Shown: piece after piece, positions 1 through 12,060 of the stretch
Layout: each line of letters starts with the position of its first letter
Position numbering within the stretch: the stretch's first letter is position 1
Origin: the human T2T-CHM13v2.0 reference genome, Homo sapiens
NCBI RefSeq assembly: GCF_009914755.1
Contig: NC_060926.1
Reading direction: 5' to 3' (one strand)
Length of the DNA: 64,000 bases
Notes under the pieces: model-generated
What the model was told of the DNA's origin: nothing
Databases searched by the model: none
Seen by the model: only the letters and a program-made list of their open reading frames with translations
Translations under genes and position numbers: made by a program

Positions 1-830
<830 letters not shown>

Positions 831-2237
831 TAATAGCCTTCAGTGAGATAAACTGTTAAGGGGTCTCTAGTAGCGTATTTCAGGTTTTAAATGGTCAATG
901 AGAGGAAGAAGAGGCAGACATGAATGTTTATCAAAGGATGGACTAGGACTGATGTGACTCATGGAGACTGTTCGTTTGTAAAGGCACCATCTTCATGGTT
1001 GTGCATGTCCTTCATTGGGAAGGAGCAGGGACACTACATTGAGACTTGACCCATCTGGATTTTTTGTTTGCACAATTTTCAGGGGAAAGATGATGCAACA
1101 GCAAATTACAATTGTTAATGTGATAATTTTTAGTGGTCCTGTCTTGCGAATGATAGAGAGGTGACCACAGGAGACCTAAGCACTCGCAGGAAGTAGAAGT
1201 GTTAAAGAGGTTGACTCAGTTCAGTGGAAGTAGAGCAACGAACGTGGGATATATGTCTGTGATTATAGAATTACACACTGAGTTCAGTTTCCAGAGAGGG
1301 ATCTGTGCTGACAAAAGATTTTTCTGGTCAGGATTTGGGGTCTGGTGCATGATGTGGGGACATCTCAGAGTTCGGAAGGCATAGTTTTGGTTGCAGGTCA
1401 ATTGGGTCTTCTACTTGGAATGCTGAAATTATCAAGAAATTGTGGAAGGGTCTAGGGAGGAGATAAAACTGTGAGCGTATAAGCCCAGTTAAGCTGGGGA
1501 CGGTGATGAATGGACATGTGTCCAAGAAGGGAAGTGTTTCTCAGGTGAAGCTGAACATATCACCAAACCCACCCTATCCCACTCCAAGTTTCTATAGTGG
1601 GATCTACTTCTTTACCAACAATTTCAAAGGCAGCTTTCTTTAATCCAGAATATTTGGGGTTCATTGATGTGGTACTCTGGGACCTGAATATTGTTTCTTA
1701 TTCCTTGGTGTGCCATGTATTTCATGAGAGAATTCAGCCTTTTTATGTCATATTCACTGAATGCATATGAACTTCCATGACTTGATCCTTTTGTATTTTT
1801 ATTTCTGTACTTCTTTTTATTAACATAGGTATTATTGCCAAACACTCTAAGCTTCATTTTTTAAAATCAAACCACATGATTTTTTTATTGGTGATTTTCT
1901 CCCTTATGCAGTGTAGTTATTCAATTATAAAATATGTGTTTATTAGATTTGTAACAATGTTGAAAAGTGGGATGGAATTTAAATAGTGACTCTTGCCCTT
2001 TTCTTCCAGTTTTTCAATGTGAACATATTCTCTAGTGTTAACTACATTGCTCAAAACTTCACTGTCATCTCAGTGGAGCAGAACGAATTGGGAACTGTGG
2101 CACAGATCACTCTTGCTATGCCCCTTAGAGAATTAGAGAACACTAGCAAGGCTAATTTTCGAGTGTGGTAAAGAACAGGCTAATGTATTCAATAGTGAGG
2201 CCACTGACTCTGTCTCAACATGAAGTCACACTAGATT

Positions 2238-4546
2238 TATCATGATTTGGCTCTGTATCCCCCACCAAATCTCATCTTGAATTGTAATCCCCATAATCCC
2301 CACGTGTCAAGGACAGGATCTGGTGGGAGGTGATTGGATCATGGGGGCAGTTTCGCACCTGCTGGTCTCATCATAGTGAGTGAGTTCTTATGAGATCTGA
2401 TGGTTTTATAAGGGGCCATTGTCCCTTCACTTGCAAGCTCTTCCTCTTTCTCTCTTTCATGTAAGACGTGTCTTTGCCTCTCTCTCACTTTCTGCCAGGA
2501 TTATAAGTTTCCTGAGGCTCCCCCCTCCAGCCACCTGGAACTGTGAGTCAATTAAAGCTCTTTCCTTTATGAATTACCGAGTCTTGGGTATGTCTTTATA
2601 GCAGTGTGAGAATGGACTAATATATTAAATTGGTGCCATGGAGAGTGGAGTACTGCTATAAAGATACTTGAAAATGTGGAAGTGACTTTGGAACTGGGTA
2701 ACAGGCAGAGGTTGGAACAGTTTGGAGAGCTCAGAAGAAGACAGGAAGATGTGGGAAAGTTTGGAACTTCCTAGAGACTTGTTGAATGGTTTTGACCAAA
2801 ATGCTGATAATGTTGTGGACAATGAAGTCCAGGCTGAGTCTCAGATGGAGATGAGGAACTTATTGGGAACTGGAACAAAGGTCACCCTTGCTATGCTTTA
2901 GCAAAGAGACTGGTGGCATTTTGCCCCTGCCCTAGAGATCTGTGGAACTTTGAACTTCAGAGAGATGATCTGAAATTGGAACTTATGTTTAAAAGGGAAG
3001 CAGAGCATAAAAGTTTGGAAAATTTGCAGCCTGACCATGTGGTAGAAAAGAAAAACCCATTTTATGGGGAGAAATTCAAACCAGCTACAGAAATACTGGC
3101 TATAGAAATTTGCATAAGTAAGGAGGAGCCAAATGTTAATTGCCAAGACAATGGGGAAAATGGCTTCAGTGCACATCAGAGACCTTTGCAGCAGACCCTC
3201 CCATCACAGGCCTGGAGGCCTAGGAAGGAAAAATTGTTTTGTGGGCTGGGTCCATGCTCCCCCTGCTGTGTGCAGCCTCAGGACTTGGTGCCCTGTGTCC
3301 CAGTGGCTCCAGCCATGGCTAAAAGAGGCCAAGGTAGAGCTCAGGCCATTGCTTCAGAGGGTGCAAACCTCAAGCCTTGGCAGCATCGATGTGGTGTTGG
3401 GCCTGTGGGTACACAGAAGATAAGAATTTAGGTTTGGGAACCTCCACATAAATTTGAGAGGATGTAAGGAAATGCTTGGATGTCCAGGCAGAAGTTTGCT
3501 GCATGGATGGAGCCCTTATAGAGAACCTCTGCTAGAGAAGGGTGGTAAAGAAATGTGAGGTTGGAGCCCCCACACAGAGTCTCCACTGGGGCACTGCCTA
3601 GTGGAGTTGTGAGAAGGCGGCCACCATCCTCCAGAATCCCAAATAGTAGATCCAATAGCTTGCACTGTGTGCCTGGAAAAGACACAGACACTCAATGCCA
3701 GCCTCTGAAGGCAGCCAGGAGGAGGGCTTTGCCCTGCAAGCCACAGTGTCCAAGTTGCCTGAGACTGTGGGAGCCCACTTCTGGCATCAGCATGACCTAG
3801 ATATGAGACATGAAGTTAAAGGTGATAATTTTGGAGCTTTAAGATTTAATGACTGCCCTGCCTGGTTTTGGACTTGCATGGGGCCTGTAGCCCCCTTTTT
3901 TTGGCCAGTTTCTCCCATTTGGAATGGGAATATTTACCCAATTTCTGTACCCCCATTGTGTCTTGGAAGTTACTTTTGATTTTACAGGCTCATGGGGGAA
4001 GGGACTTGCCTTGTCTCAGATAAGACTTTGGACTATGGACTTTTGAGCTAGTGCTGAAATGAGTTAAGACTTTGGAAGATTGTTGGGAAGGCACGATTGG
4101 TTTTGAAATGTGAAAAGACATGAGATTTGGGAGGGGCCAGAGGGCAGAATGATATGGTTTGACTCTGTGTTTCCACCCAAATCTCATCTCAAATTGTAAT
4201 CTCCATAATTCCCATGTGTTAAGGATGGGACCTGGTGGGAGGTGATTGGATCATGTGTGCAGTTTCCCCCTTGCTGTTCTCATCCTACTGAGTGAGTTCT
4301 AATGAGAGCTGATGGTTTTATAAGGGGCTCTTCCTCCTTCACTCACAAGTGAACTCTTCCTCTCTGTTTCTCTCTTGCTTGCTGCCATGTGAGACATGAC
4401 TTTGCTTATCTCTCACCTTCTGTCATGATTGTAAGTTTCCTGAGGCCTCCCCAGCCATGTGGAACTGAGTCATTTAAACCTTTGTCTTTTATAAATTACC
4501 CCGTCTTGGGTATGTCTTTATAGCAGTGTGAGAACAGACTAATACA
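2238..4546 (+). mobile_element. Full-length THE1 (THE1D-like) ERVL-MaLR provirus: LTR 2238-2624, internal 2625-4149, LTR 4150-4546
   Basis: Two homologous LTRs ending GACTAATA(C/T)A, MaLR-type internal sequence, purine tract before the 3' LTR, and a 5-bp target-site duplication AGATT at 2233-2237 and 4547-4551. Confidence 0.9.
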
Positions 4547-5177
4547 AGATTGGTGGTGATTGAAGTTATACTGAAAGGGTTTAAAGGAGAGTCTGAGAAA
4601 AGGAAATGAATCTGCATTTATTGAGAAAGTTGATGAGAAAGTGGAATTAGAAATTCCTAGAAAGGTAAGCTGTTGTGTGAATGATTTCCCGAGATGGGGA
4701 AGTCTCTCTACCTGTTTGGAGACAGAAAGTAGAATCAGAGGAGAAGAAGATGATGGACAGAAAGGATCATTCCCTCTTCTAGATGCTTTCTAGTGTGTGA
4801 TGTAAGCTGAATTAAAATCAGCTGTGTTGAACTCCAGCCAGAAAAAATATCTGGCATTTTGGTTTTTTGGACCCTACTGTGATGGTCACAGGACTCCAGG
4901 TCTCTTGGGGCTCACAGGGTCATGCCTTTCCTTGCCCGGTGTGCTTGGTGAGAAGGAACAAGTGTTTCCATGGAGGAAATTCATTTTAGGGGTCTCAAGA
5001 GGGTCATCTTTGCAACAGAGGAAATGCCCCTTTTTCCATTCTGAAAACCTGATTTATCGAACCCTTTTATAAAAGATGAATACCCACATATAGGCCTCTA
5101 GCAGTGTTATGTTTTTGAGATGAGACATTTTAAAAAGCGATTTTTCAATTCTAAAAATTCTTTAAATAAAATGCTCT

Positions 5178-5410
5178 TGCTGGGACAACATAGTGGGTCA
5201 ACATCATTCCCATCTCTACAAGATTTTTTTTAAAAAAACATTAGCTAGGTGTGGTAGCTGTTGTCTTAGTTACTGGGAATGCTGAGGAGGAAGGATCACT
5301 TGAGCCCAGAAATTCATGTTTACTAGTGGGGTATGATCTTGCCTAGGCAACAGCTACAGAGAGAGACCCTGTCTCTAAAACAAACAAACAAACAAACAAA
5401 CAATAACCAA
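5178..5410 (+). mobile_element. Old, degenerate Alu (AluJ-like), partial
   Basis: GAGGAAGGATCACTTGAGCCCAG...GAGACCCTGTCTCTAAAA followed by a (CAAA)n tail. Confidence 0.75.
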
Positions 5411-5879
5411 ACAAGCTTTACACTTCTGTAGAAGGAACACTTCCCATTTATGACATCAGTAATCTAGGATATATCAAAATTTGAACTTTGTGTTAGCTTT
5501 CAACTGTTAAAACTAGCCAGCGTTGTTACAGATCCACCTCTGAGTGACACTGGTATGCCACTCTTTGCTGACCACTGAACAATGGGATTTATGTAACCAA
5601 TTGTGTAGATACAAACCCACTCATTCTATCCTACCCAGAGTGGTGATTTACAACACAAAAAACTACCATGAAACTGTTCCCATGCCTTCCTCCCACCTCA
5701 AAACTCCTTTTATTCCTGAACGGCTCCATAAGCAAACCCATCCCCAGCAAACTACTCAGTGAGTATCTTCACACATGTAAGTTCCCTTATCCGGATCACT
5801 AAAAAATGAACTCATTTTTCAAAAGCCCTGACAGTCTGTCTTATTTTGATACTTCTTGTATAGTTATTATTTAAGAAGC

Positions 5880-6289
5880 AACTACCCAGGCACCTTGGAG
5901 CATGTTGATTTCAGAGTTCAGTGTGAGACCCCGTGTGCCCCTGTGGGATGGTGCCAGCTGACTGCCATTTTCCTGCTGTTTATTACTTGGGTGCCATTCC
6001 ATGCAGATTGGACTCTGAGGGTACTAGAGCATATCCAAACCCATTGTCACAGTATTTGTTGGTTAATGATGTGTTCAGGCCATGATTTTTCTGTAAAAAA
6101 TTACCAGCATGCTGCTCTTAATTTTTTTCAGCCTGTCTAGTTGTTGCCCTTTTGCTCTCATGCAAACTTTTCCTCAGAGGTGACCCTAGAAGATGGGACC
6201 CTTTGTGATGGACTACCCCAAGGCAATATGCCCCAAAAGGTCTTCATTTGGGGCATAACCCGTGCCAACACAAAGGTACTTTCTCAATT
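5880..6289 (+). pseudogene. Degenerate relic of a UGT1A variable first exon (3' half), with frameshifts and an internal deletion
   Basis: Collinear similarity to 257-710. CTTTGTGATGGACTACCCCAAGGCAATATGCCCCAAAAGGTCTTCATTTGGGGCATAACCCGTGCCAAC matches CTTTGTGATGGATTACCCCAGGCCGATCATGCCCAACATGGTCTTCATTGGGGGCATCAACTGTGCCAAC. Translation MPQKVFIWGITRANTKVLSQ vs [20 protein letters not shown]. Confidence 0.8.
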
Positions 6290-6489
6290 GTGTGTATGGT
6301 GCCTCACCCAAACAATATTACAGATGCACTTGGCTTTCATCAACCTAATTTGATATGCCCCAAGCACAGCAATAGGACAGTTTTGCGTGGCCCTTTGGAA
6401 ACGCTTTTCTTTACATTTCCAGGACCTACCATAGTTGGAGAACCACGTTAGGGCTGAAGACAGTCCTAGTATATCATTGACCAACCACA

Positions 6490-6662
6490 TAACCCCAAGG
6501 TCTGTCCTCAGCCTTCAGAAGGAACATGCTTCTTACACCGATTTCAGCTCAGTGATATGGGATTCAAATGTATGACCTCCAAAATATTAAGAGAATAACG
6601 TGTGTTGTTTTAAGCCACCAAGTTTGGGTAATTTGTTACAGCCATGATAGGAAACGAATGCA
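6490..6662 (+). mobile_element. MLT1-family MaLR LTR 3' fragment
   Basis: TGTTGTTTTAAGCCACCAAGTTTGGGTAATTTGTTACAGC...AGGAAACGAATGCA is a typical MLT1 3' end. Confidence 0.7.
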
Positions 6663-6961
6663 TCCACTTTGCCAGGTTTACCTGCTTTTATAAAGCCTGG
6701 GTTTAACCTTTTATCTAAATAATGGTCAACTCTTCCTACATCACGAGCATTTATGTGCAATTAAAAGCCATCATTAAATTAAGCCAGAGTATTAATATAT
6801 TCATAGATTTCACCACCACACAGTAAAACATTGAAGTCAAATGATTTAGAGCAAACCACCTGGCTCACACTTTCCCAACGGAAAAAGGTAAGGCTCAAAG
6901 TGCTGAGATGAACATTCTGTCCTAGCACTAGGAAATAATCATTGTCTGCCTCAGGCTTAAG

Positions 6962-6967
6962 TTTAAT
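6962..6967 (-). terminator. Candidate poly(A) signal (ATTAAA) of the DNAJB3-like transcript
   Basis: TTTAAT on the + strand about 200 nt downstream of the ancestral stop codon. Confidence 0.5.
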
Positions 6968-7172
6968 AAATAGCAAATTGCATACAGATATTTACAATGA
7001 TCGAAAGACAAACAGAGGTCCTATCCGTGCAGTCCCAACAATAAAGACAGGCATTGGCATAAAGTGTTTATAAATTCTTGGGTACAGCTGTTCTGAAAGT
7101 AAAGTTCACTTTCAATCCTAAAAAAAGTCCGCTATTCCTCCAGATGTGCTTAAAGGCAAATGTGGACTGGAA

Positions 7173-7900
7173 TTACTTGGTGTCAATGGGGAGCAACTGC
7201 TCTATGCCGTTTATTATGAAGGACTTTAACTCAACTCTCCATCTTCCTCCACTTCCACCCTTTCTTGGCCATTCTCAATGATTCTCTTGGTGGTGATTTT
7301 TTTACCATCAACTATTTCAGTGGAAGTCGACATGGACTTGAAGCTGCCTGTCCCATCACTACCGTAGGACATGCAGAAGGAAGAAAGGCCCCCACTTCCC
7401 AGGGAGCCAAAGGAACGAAATCCTGTATCAAAAGAAGAAAAACCACCCTCAAAAGCTGGAAATTCACTGAAGGCAGAGAAAAGGGGTGCAGACCCTCTGC
7501 TTCTGCTTCCCAGGGAGTTCCTCTGACCCCCCAAAATATTCTCCAGCGGGTTTCCCAAGAGGTCAAAGGAGAATGGGTCCCGGCCGCCAAAGAACTCCCT
7601 GAAGACCTCGGCGGGGTCACGGAAGCTGAAGACCTACTCGAAGGGGTCCTTGAAGGGCCTGCCGCCTGCGCAGCCGCCCTCCGCCCTCGCCTCGCCATAG
7701 CGGTCATAGATATCGCGTTTCTACGCGTCCGACAACACCTCGTAGGCCTCAGCCACCTGCTTGAATCTTCTCACCGCTTCCTCCCTGTCCTCGGGGTTTT
7801 TGTCGGGGTGCCACTTGAGCGCCAGCTTGCGGTACGCCTTCTTGATACCCTCGGACGAGGCCTACCGGGGTACTCCCAGCACCTCGTAGTAGTCCACTAT
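7173..7900 (-). pseudogene. Intronless DNAJB3-like (DNAJB6-family Hsp40) pseudogene
   Basis: Minus frame reads (I)[34 protein letters not shown]...[18 protein letters not shown], then the G/F region, S/T-rich region and [22 protein letters not shown]. Start ATG>ATA at 7898-7900; TAG at 7862-7864, 7721-7723 and 7634-7636; a 5-bp duplication at 7228-7237 shifts the terminal frame ([19 protein letters not shown]). Confidence 0.92.
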
Positions 7901-8165
7901 GCTGGACTGCCAAAGAGCCTGCGGGGCACTGGCACAGCGAGCGGCAAGGCTGCCAGCACCCGCGCACAGGTCAGAGGCTTGGCGACCTGGGCCGCCTGGA
8001 GGGCCGCCCCTTATGACGCAGCCACATCTCATTGGCCGAGGCCTGTGAGCGCCTCGCATCCCAAGATGCAGTGCTCCTGGGACTGGCCCTGCTCTCTGTG
8101 AGGCTCTGTGAGGCCCTGTGATGCTCCAAGACCAGGCCCCGCCCACTCCGGCCTCCAACCAGCCA
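7540..8165 (-). promoter_or_regulatory. CpG island and putative promoter of the DNAJB3-like copy
   Basis: Dense CpG. GC boxes near 8003-8010 and 8135-8144, CRE-like TGACGCA at 8014-8020, minus-strand CCAAT at 8031-8035. Confidence 0.7.
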
Positions 8166-8529
8166 TGGTCTCCAAAAAGGATGGGAAAAAGAGGTTGGGG
8201 AAAAGAGAGGGCCTTGACTTTGGCTGCCTGAAGAACTGTTTTTCTTAAAGTAGGCTTTATATCAGTCTTTTTCCTCGGCCACAGGAGGGAAGAGGGTGGT
8301 GGGAGTGAGTTTAGTCTGACCGGGGCTGAAGACATCCTGTTGTTTAGGACTGCGGTTCTCCAACGTTCCAGCCCCGGTGCCCATTTGCTTTTGTTCATCT
8401 GGATTATGCCTATCATATGTACTGCATTAGAGATTAAAACAGAATTAAAAAGACATATTCATTGGGCAATTTAAGAAGAATAAACCCATGACACACTAAC
8501 AAACCTTTTTATGTAACTTTTTTTGAGAC

Positions 8530-8815
8530 AAAATGTAGTGAGAAGAGTGGCATCGTTTTACAGTTTTTGCATCTCTCTCTTTAGTACTTGGCTCTATAGA
8601 GAGGTGGATTCTCATGTCAGCTTCTGCATTCTATCTATTGTGATATTACACATCCCCCATGTAGCTTCTGGAAAACTCCACTGTACACTTGTGGGAGAAT
8701 GACAATGAGAAAATCAAGTAACATTATTACGGAAATAGTTTTGACTTTGTAAAATTCTCCTGAAAAATTACTGGGGATCCCTAGGATTTCCTGGCTCATA
8801 CTTTGAGAATCGCTA
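8530..8815 (+). mobile_element. hAT-Charlie DNA transposon fragment
   Basis: GGAAATAGTTTTGACTTTG...CATACTTTGAGAATCGCT resembles the Charlie-family 3' terminus. Confidence 0.5.
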
Positions 8816-8823
8816 GTCTAGCA

Positions 8824-9144
8824 GAGTAGTCCCTGGTATTCTGAAGGGATTAGTTTAGGACAACCCTCCTTCCCCATACCAAAATCTAGATGCTCAAGCT
8901 CCTTTTATAAAATGACACAGTATTTGTATATAACCTACCCATATCCTCCTTTAAACCTCTAGTCATCTCTTGATTACTTTTACCTAATAAATGTAAATGC
9001 TATGTAAATAGTTGTTTTACAGTATTGGTTTTTTATTTGTATTATTTGTACTGTTTTTTTTTCATTGTTGTTCCCCCCAAATATTTTCAATCTGCTGTTG
9101 GCTGAATCTGCAGATGTGAAGCCCAAGTATATGGAGGGTCAAAT
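8824..9144 (+). mobile_element. MER2 (TcMar-Tigger MITE)
   Basis: ATACCAAAATC..GATGCTCAAG, TATAACCTAC and AATGTAAATGCTATGTAAATAGTTG, with degenerate terminal inverted repeats. Confidence 0.75.
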
Positions 9145-9434
9145 GTGCATGTTATTCACTTTTCTTGACTGCTAAAACAACCAGGGAGATCCTCTCAGAC
9201 AAAAGGAAATACAGCACTATTTACTGTATCGAAACCATTAAGACTTGCAGGCCGTGTGTATAGCACTGGGGATAAACATGGGATGCAGTGATTATTTCCG
9301 CTAGAACTGCTATATAATGACGATGAATTTTGGGGGGACTTTTTTTGAGATCTGAGTTCTCTTCACCTCCTCCTTATTCTCTTTTTGACACTGGATTCTT
9401 TGCTTTGATAAATTGTGGGGCAATACACTAGTAA

Positions 9435-9725
9435 AGGTCACTCAATTCCAAGGGGAAAATGATTAACCAAAGAACATTCTAACGGTTCATAAAGGGTATT
9501 AGGTGTAATGAGGATGTGTTATCTCACCAGAACAAACTTCTGAGTTTATATAACCTCTAGTTACATAACCTGAAACCCGGACTTGGCACTTGGTAAGCAC
9601 GCAATGAACAGTCATAGTAAGCTGGCCAAGGGTAGAGTTCAGTTTGAACAAAGCAATTTGAGAACATCAAAGGAAGTTTGGGGAACAGCAAGGGATCCAG
9701 AATGGCTAGAGGGTAAGAGGCAGAG
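9435..9725 (+). promoter_or_regulatory. UGT1A1: UGT1A1 distal enhancer (gtPBREM): CAR/PXR/AhR/PPAR/GR sites
   Basis: About 3.5-3.2 kb upstream of the ATG. DR4 AGGTCActcaATTCCA (9435-9450), GGTTCATAAAGGGTA (9484-9498), gtNR1 TGAGTTtataTAACCT (9541-9556), XRE core CACGCA (9598-9603), DR1 AGGGTAgAGTTCA (9629-9641). Confidence 0.88.
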
Positions 9726-10166
9726 GGAGGGGGCAAGCAGAAGGGCTAGAGAGGAGGAATGAGCTTGGACAGGTGGGCTGGGGTCTATCCCAGAGTTTTG
9801 AGAGCAAGGCAGAGGACTCTGAATTTTCTGTGCCCAGGAAGCTGCTGACCAAGGTTCCAGAAGTGGTGGTGAGGTGGGGTTATTCAGGTGGCAGCCGATG
9901 CAATGATTCAGAAGGGACAGCTGGGGGTTGGGGGACAGGGGGGCTGGGGCCCTGAAATGGGACCATGACAGCTGGGTCTGAGAGACAGTGGTAGAAACAT
10001 CCAGATTCAGCACTTACTTGCTGGCTTGGATGCAGGGTCTAGAACGAAAAGAGAAGAAAAGTCACTTCTATACAGAAACATGTCCAGAGCGCTTACTGTC
10101 TCCAAAACCATGGACTGGCACCTGAGTGATAGCATGATTCCAAAGCCAAAATCTTGCCTGTAAGGA

Positions 10167-10167
10167 A

Positions 10168-10200
<33 letters not shown>

Positions 10201-10206
10201 GATATA
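10167..10206. repeat. (TA)n microsatellite
   Basis: Direct reading. Confidence 0.9.
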
Positions 10207-11669
10207 GCTATAGTCTAATAGCAAGGACAGATATGCAAACTGCTAAAAGATACAAGGCAGAACAGAACAAAATGCTGTTTTTCTGGGATTTTGGAAATTC
10301 AAGGAATTCAAGGGATTCAAGGAAGGTGGCTTTGCTTCCCGGGAGGGTCCTGTAGATGATCTACAGGGCACTGGACATGTTTATGTTGCTCCTTTAGTAA
10401 TAAGCCTGTCATTCTGATTTGATGAAAGGAGATGAAAGGAGCTGGTAGTGTGTCTGATGGTGGCCTACTAACTTATGTCTTCAGCTTAAAAAGAAAGTAG
10501 CTTCAAAAGGGTTCCAGAAACACTTTCCATGGACGTGTCACTCTTTAGCAGCCCCCAAAGCAAGACCATCATATTGCTGCCCTGCTGTGTGATTTCTCAG
10601 CCCCTAGAGCACCATCCCCTGTAATTGCCTGGTCATGAGTTTGTCTCTGTCTACCTGACCCCTCCTTTCAGGCAAGGACCATTTCTAACTTGACTTTCTG
10701 GGCCTAGTTCCTAGCATAGTGACTGCCATCCAGTAGGGCTCACACGTTCCATAAATATTTGGCAGATGAGGGAATTAGCAATGGGTTCTGCTTTGGTTTC
10801 AGAGCAGATATTAATTGGATTGCTTAGTAGTGGTTCTCTGTTGTAATTCATGAGCATGAATGTGGATTGCCCACTATTCAGATTAGTAAGTATTTCTTGG
10901 TCAAGGGCAGAGCTGTGGCCACAAACCATCCAGGTACACAGCAGAAGCAGCCTCAAAAAGCTTGGAAGCTCTGCATGATGCAGGAAAGTCATAAAATCAT
11001 TACAGTGGTGACTTATGTGTTTATAGCCCCTTTACTGTCTATAATCTGCAAATGAACTCACACAGCATTGGGACTTTGGAAGAATTATCACCCTTAAGGT
11101 TTAAATTAAACTGTGAATTTCAGAATTTCTAATAAGGACACAACAAAGAGTGAAAGCATTGCTATGTCTATTCTGCTTGCCCAGAATCTTGGTCCTAAAA
11201 AATGAAGAGTGTTTGGGTGTGGGGAGGAGCTTCAGTGTGCATGTGCATGCAAAGTACCTACTCTAAGGAGAAGAATGAGAGGGTACCCTAATTACCTGTT
11301 AATATGTCCCATAGGACACCAAAACTCTAGTTAGCTGTTTCTCTATGATCCTCTAAGCACATCCCCAAGTATGGCTGGCCAGTGATGTGTATGGTTCAAA
11401 TGTTGGGATCTGTGCAGTTATCTTGGAATTGTATAGTACAGCAGTATATCCCCCCCAAAAAGAGTGTAATACTTCCAATTCTGGCTGCACAATACTTGCC
11501 CCATAGTCCATGGTCAATAAATACAAATTTGAGTTGTTTTTGCTCATCTTTCCCTTTTGACTTCAAATCAGTCATCAGAATTTCCCCAAATGCCTTTCCC
11601 CTGGATCTTGGGCCAGTGGAATGAGTACAATTTAACTTAATTGAATTTGCTTATCTATTTGGTTTCCTG

Positions 11670-12060
11670 TTGTGAACAAAAGTTCTCTGAAAAGGAATTT
11701 GGAAGAAAGAGACTTTGTTCTAGTGAACAGTTTGCAAACCAGGGAGTTACAGCCTCTGGTACGCAATGAAGGTGAGTTCCACAGAACACAAGGCAGGCAG
11801 GTTTCACGGCAAAAAGTTCCTTCCCAGGTTCCCAATCAGGTCCATTTATGCAAATGAAGGATGGAAACTTGCTTAGTTCTTATTGGTCACTGCAGCTGCA
11901 TTCTGATTGGTTGATGAAGCTGAGCCCTGAGTGGCTGAGGTGGGTGAGCTTTAATTGGTTGGTTCAGGTGAGCGCTGAAAATCTCAACTATAAAAAGGTA
12001 CAGGTTTTCAGGATACTCAGAGTAACCGTGTGACCTGTAGTAAGCAAAGGGCCAGTTGGC
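11670..12060 (-). mobile_element. Probable old ERV LTR fragment with CCAAT boxes and an octamer motif
   Basis: ATTGG at 11882, 11906 and 11954, ATGCAAAT at 11848-11855, LTR-like composition. Family not identified. Confidence 0.45.

Noticed and set aside
2898-3979. Several 80-170-aa ORFs
   Set aside because: They lie in the THE1 internal region and are fragmented MaLR remnants with no intact gene.
7265-8101. 278-aa + strand ORF over the CpG island
   Set aside because: It is in exact antisense codon register with the DNAJB3-like frame, starts at TTG and has no recognisable domain: a shadow ORF of a GC-rich gene.
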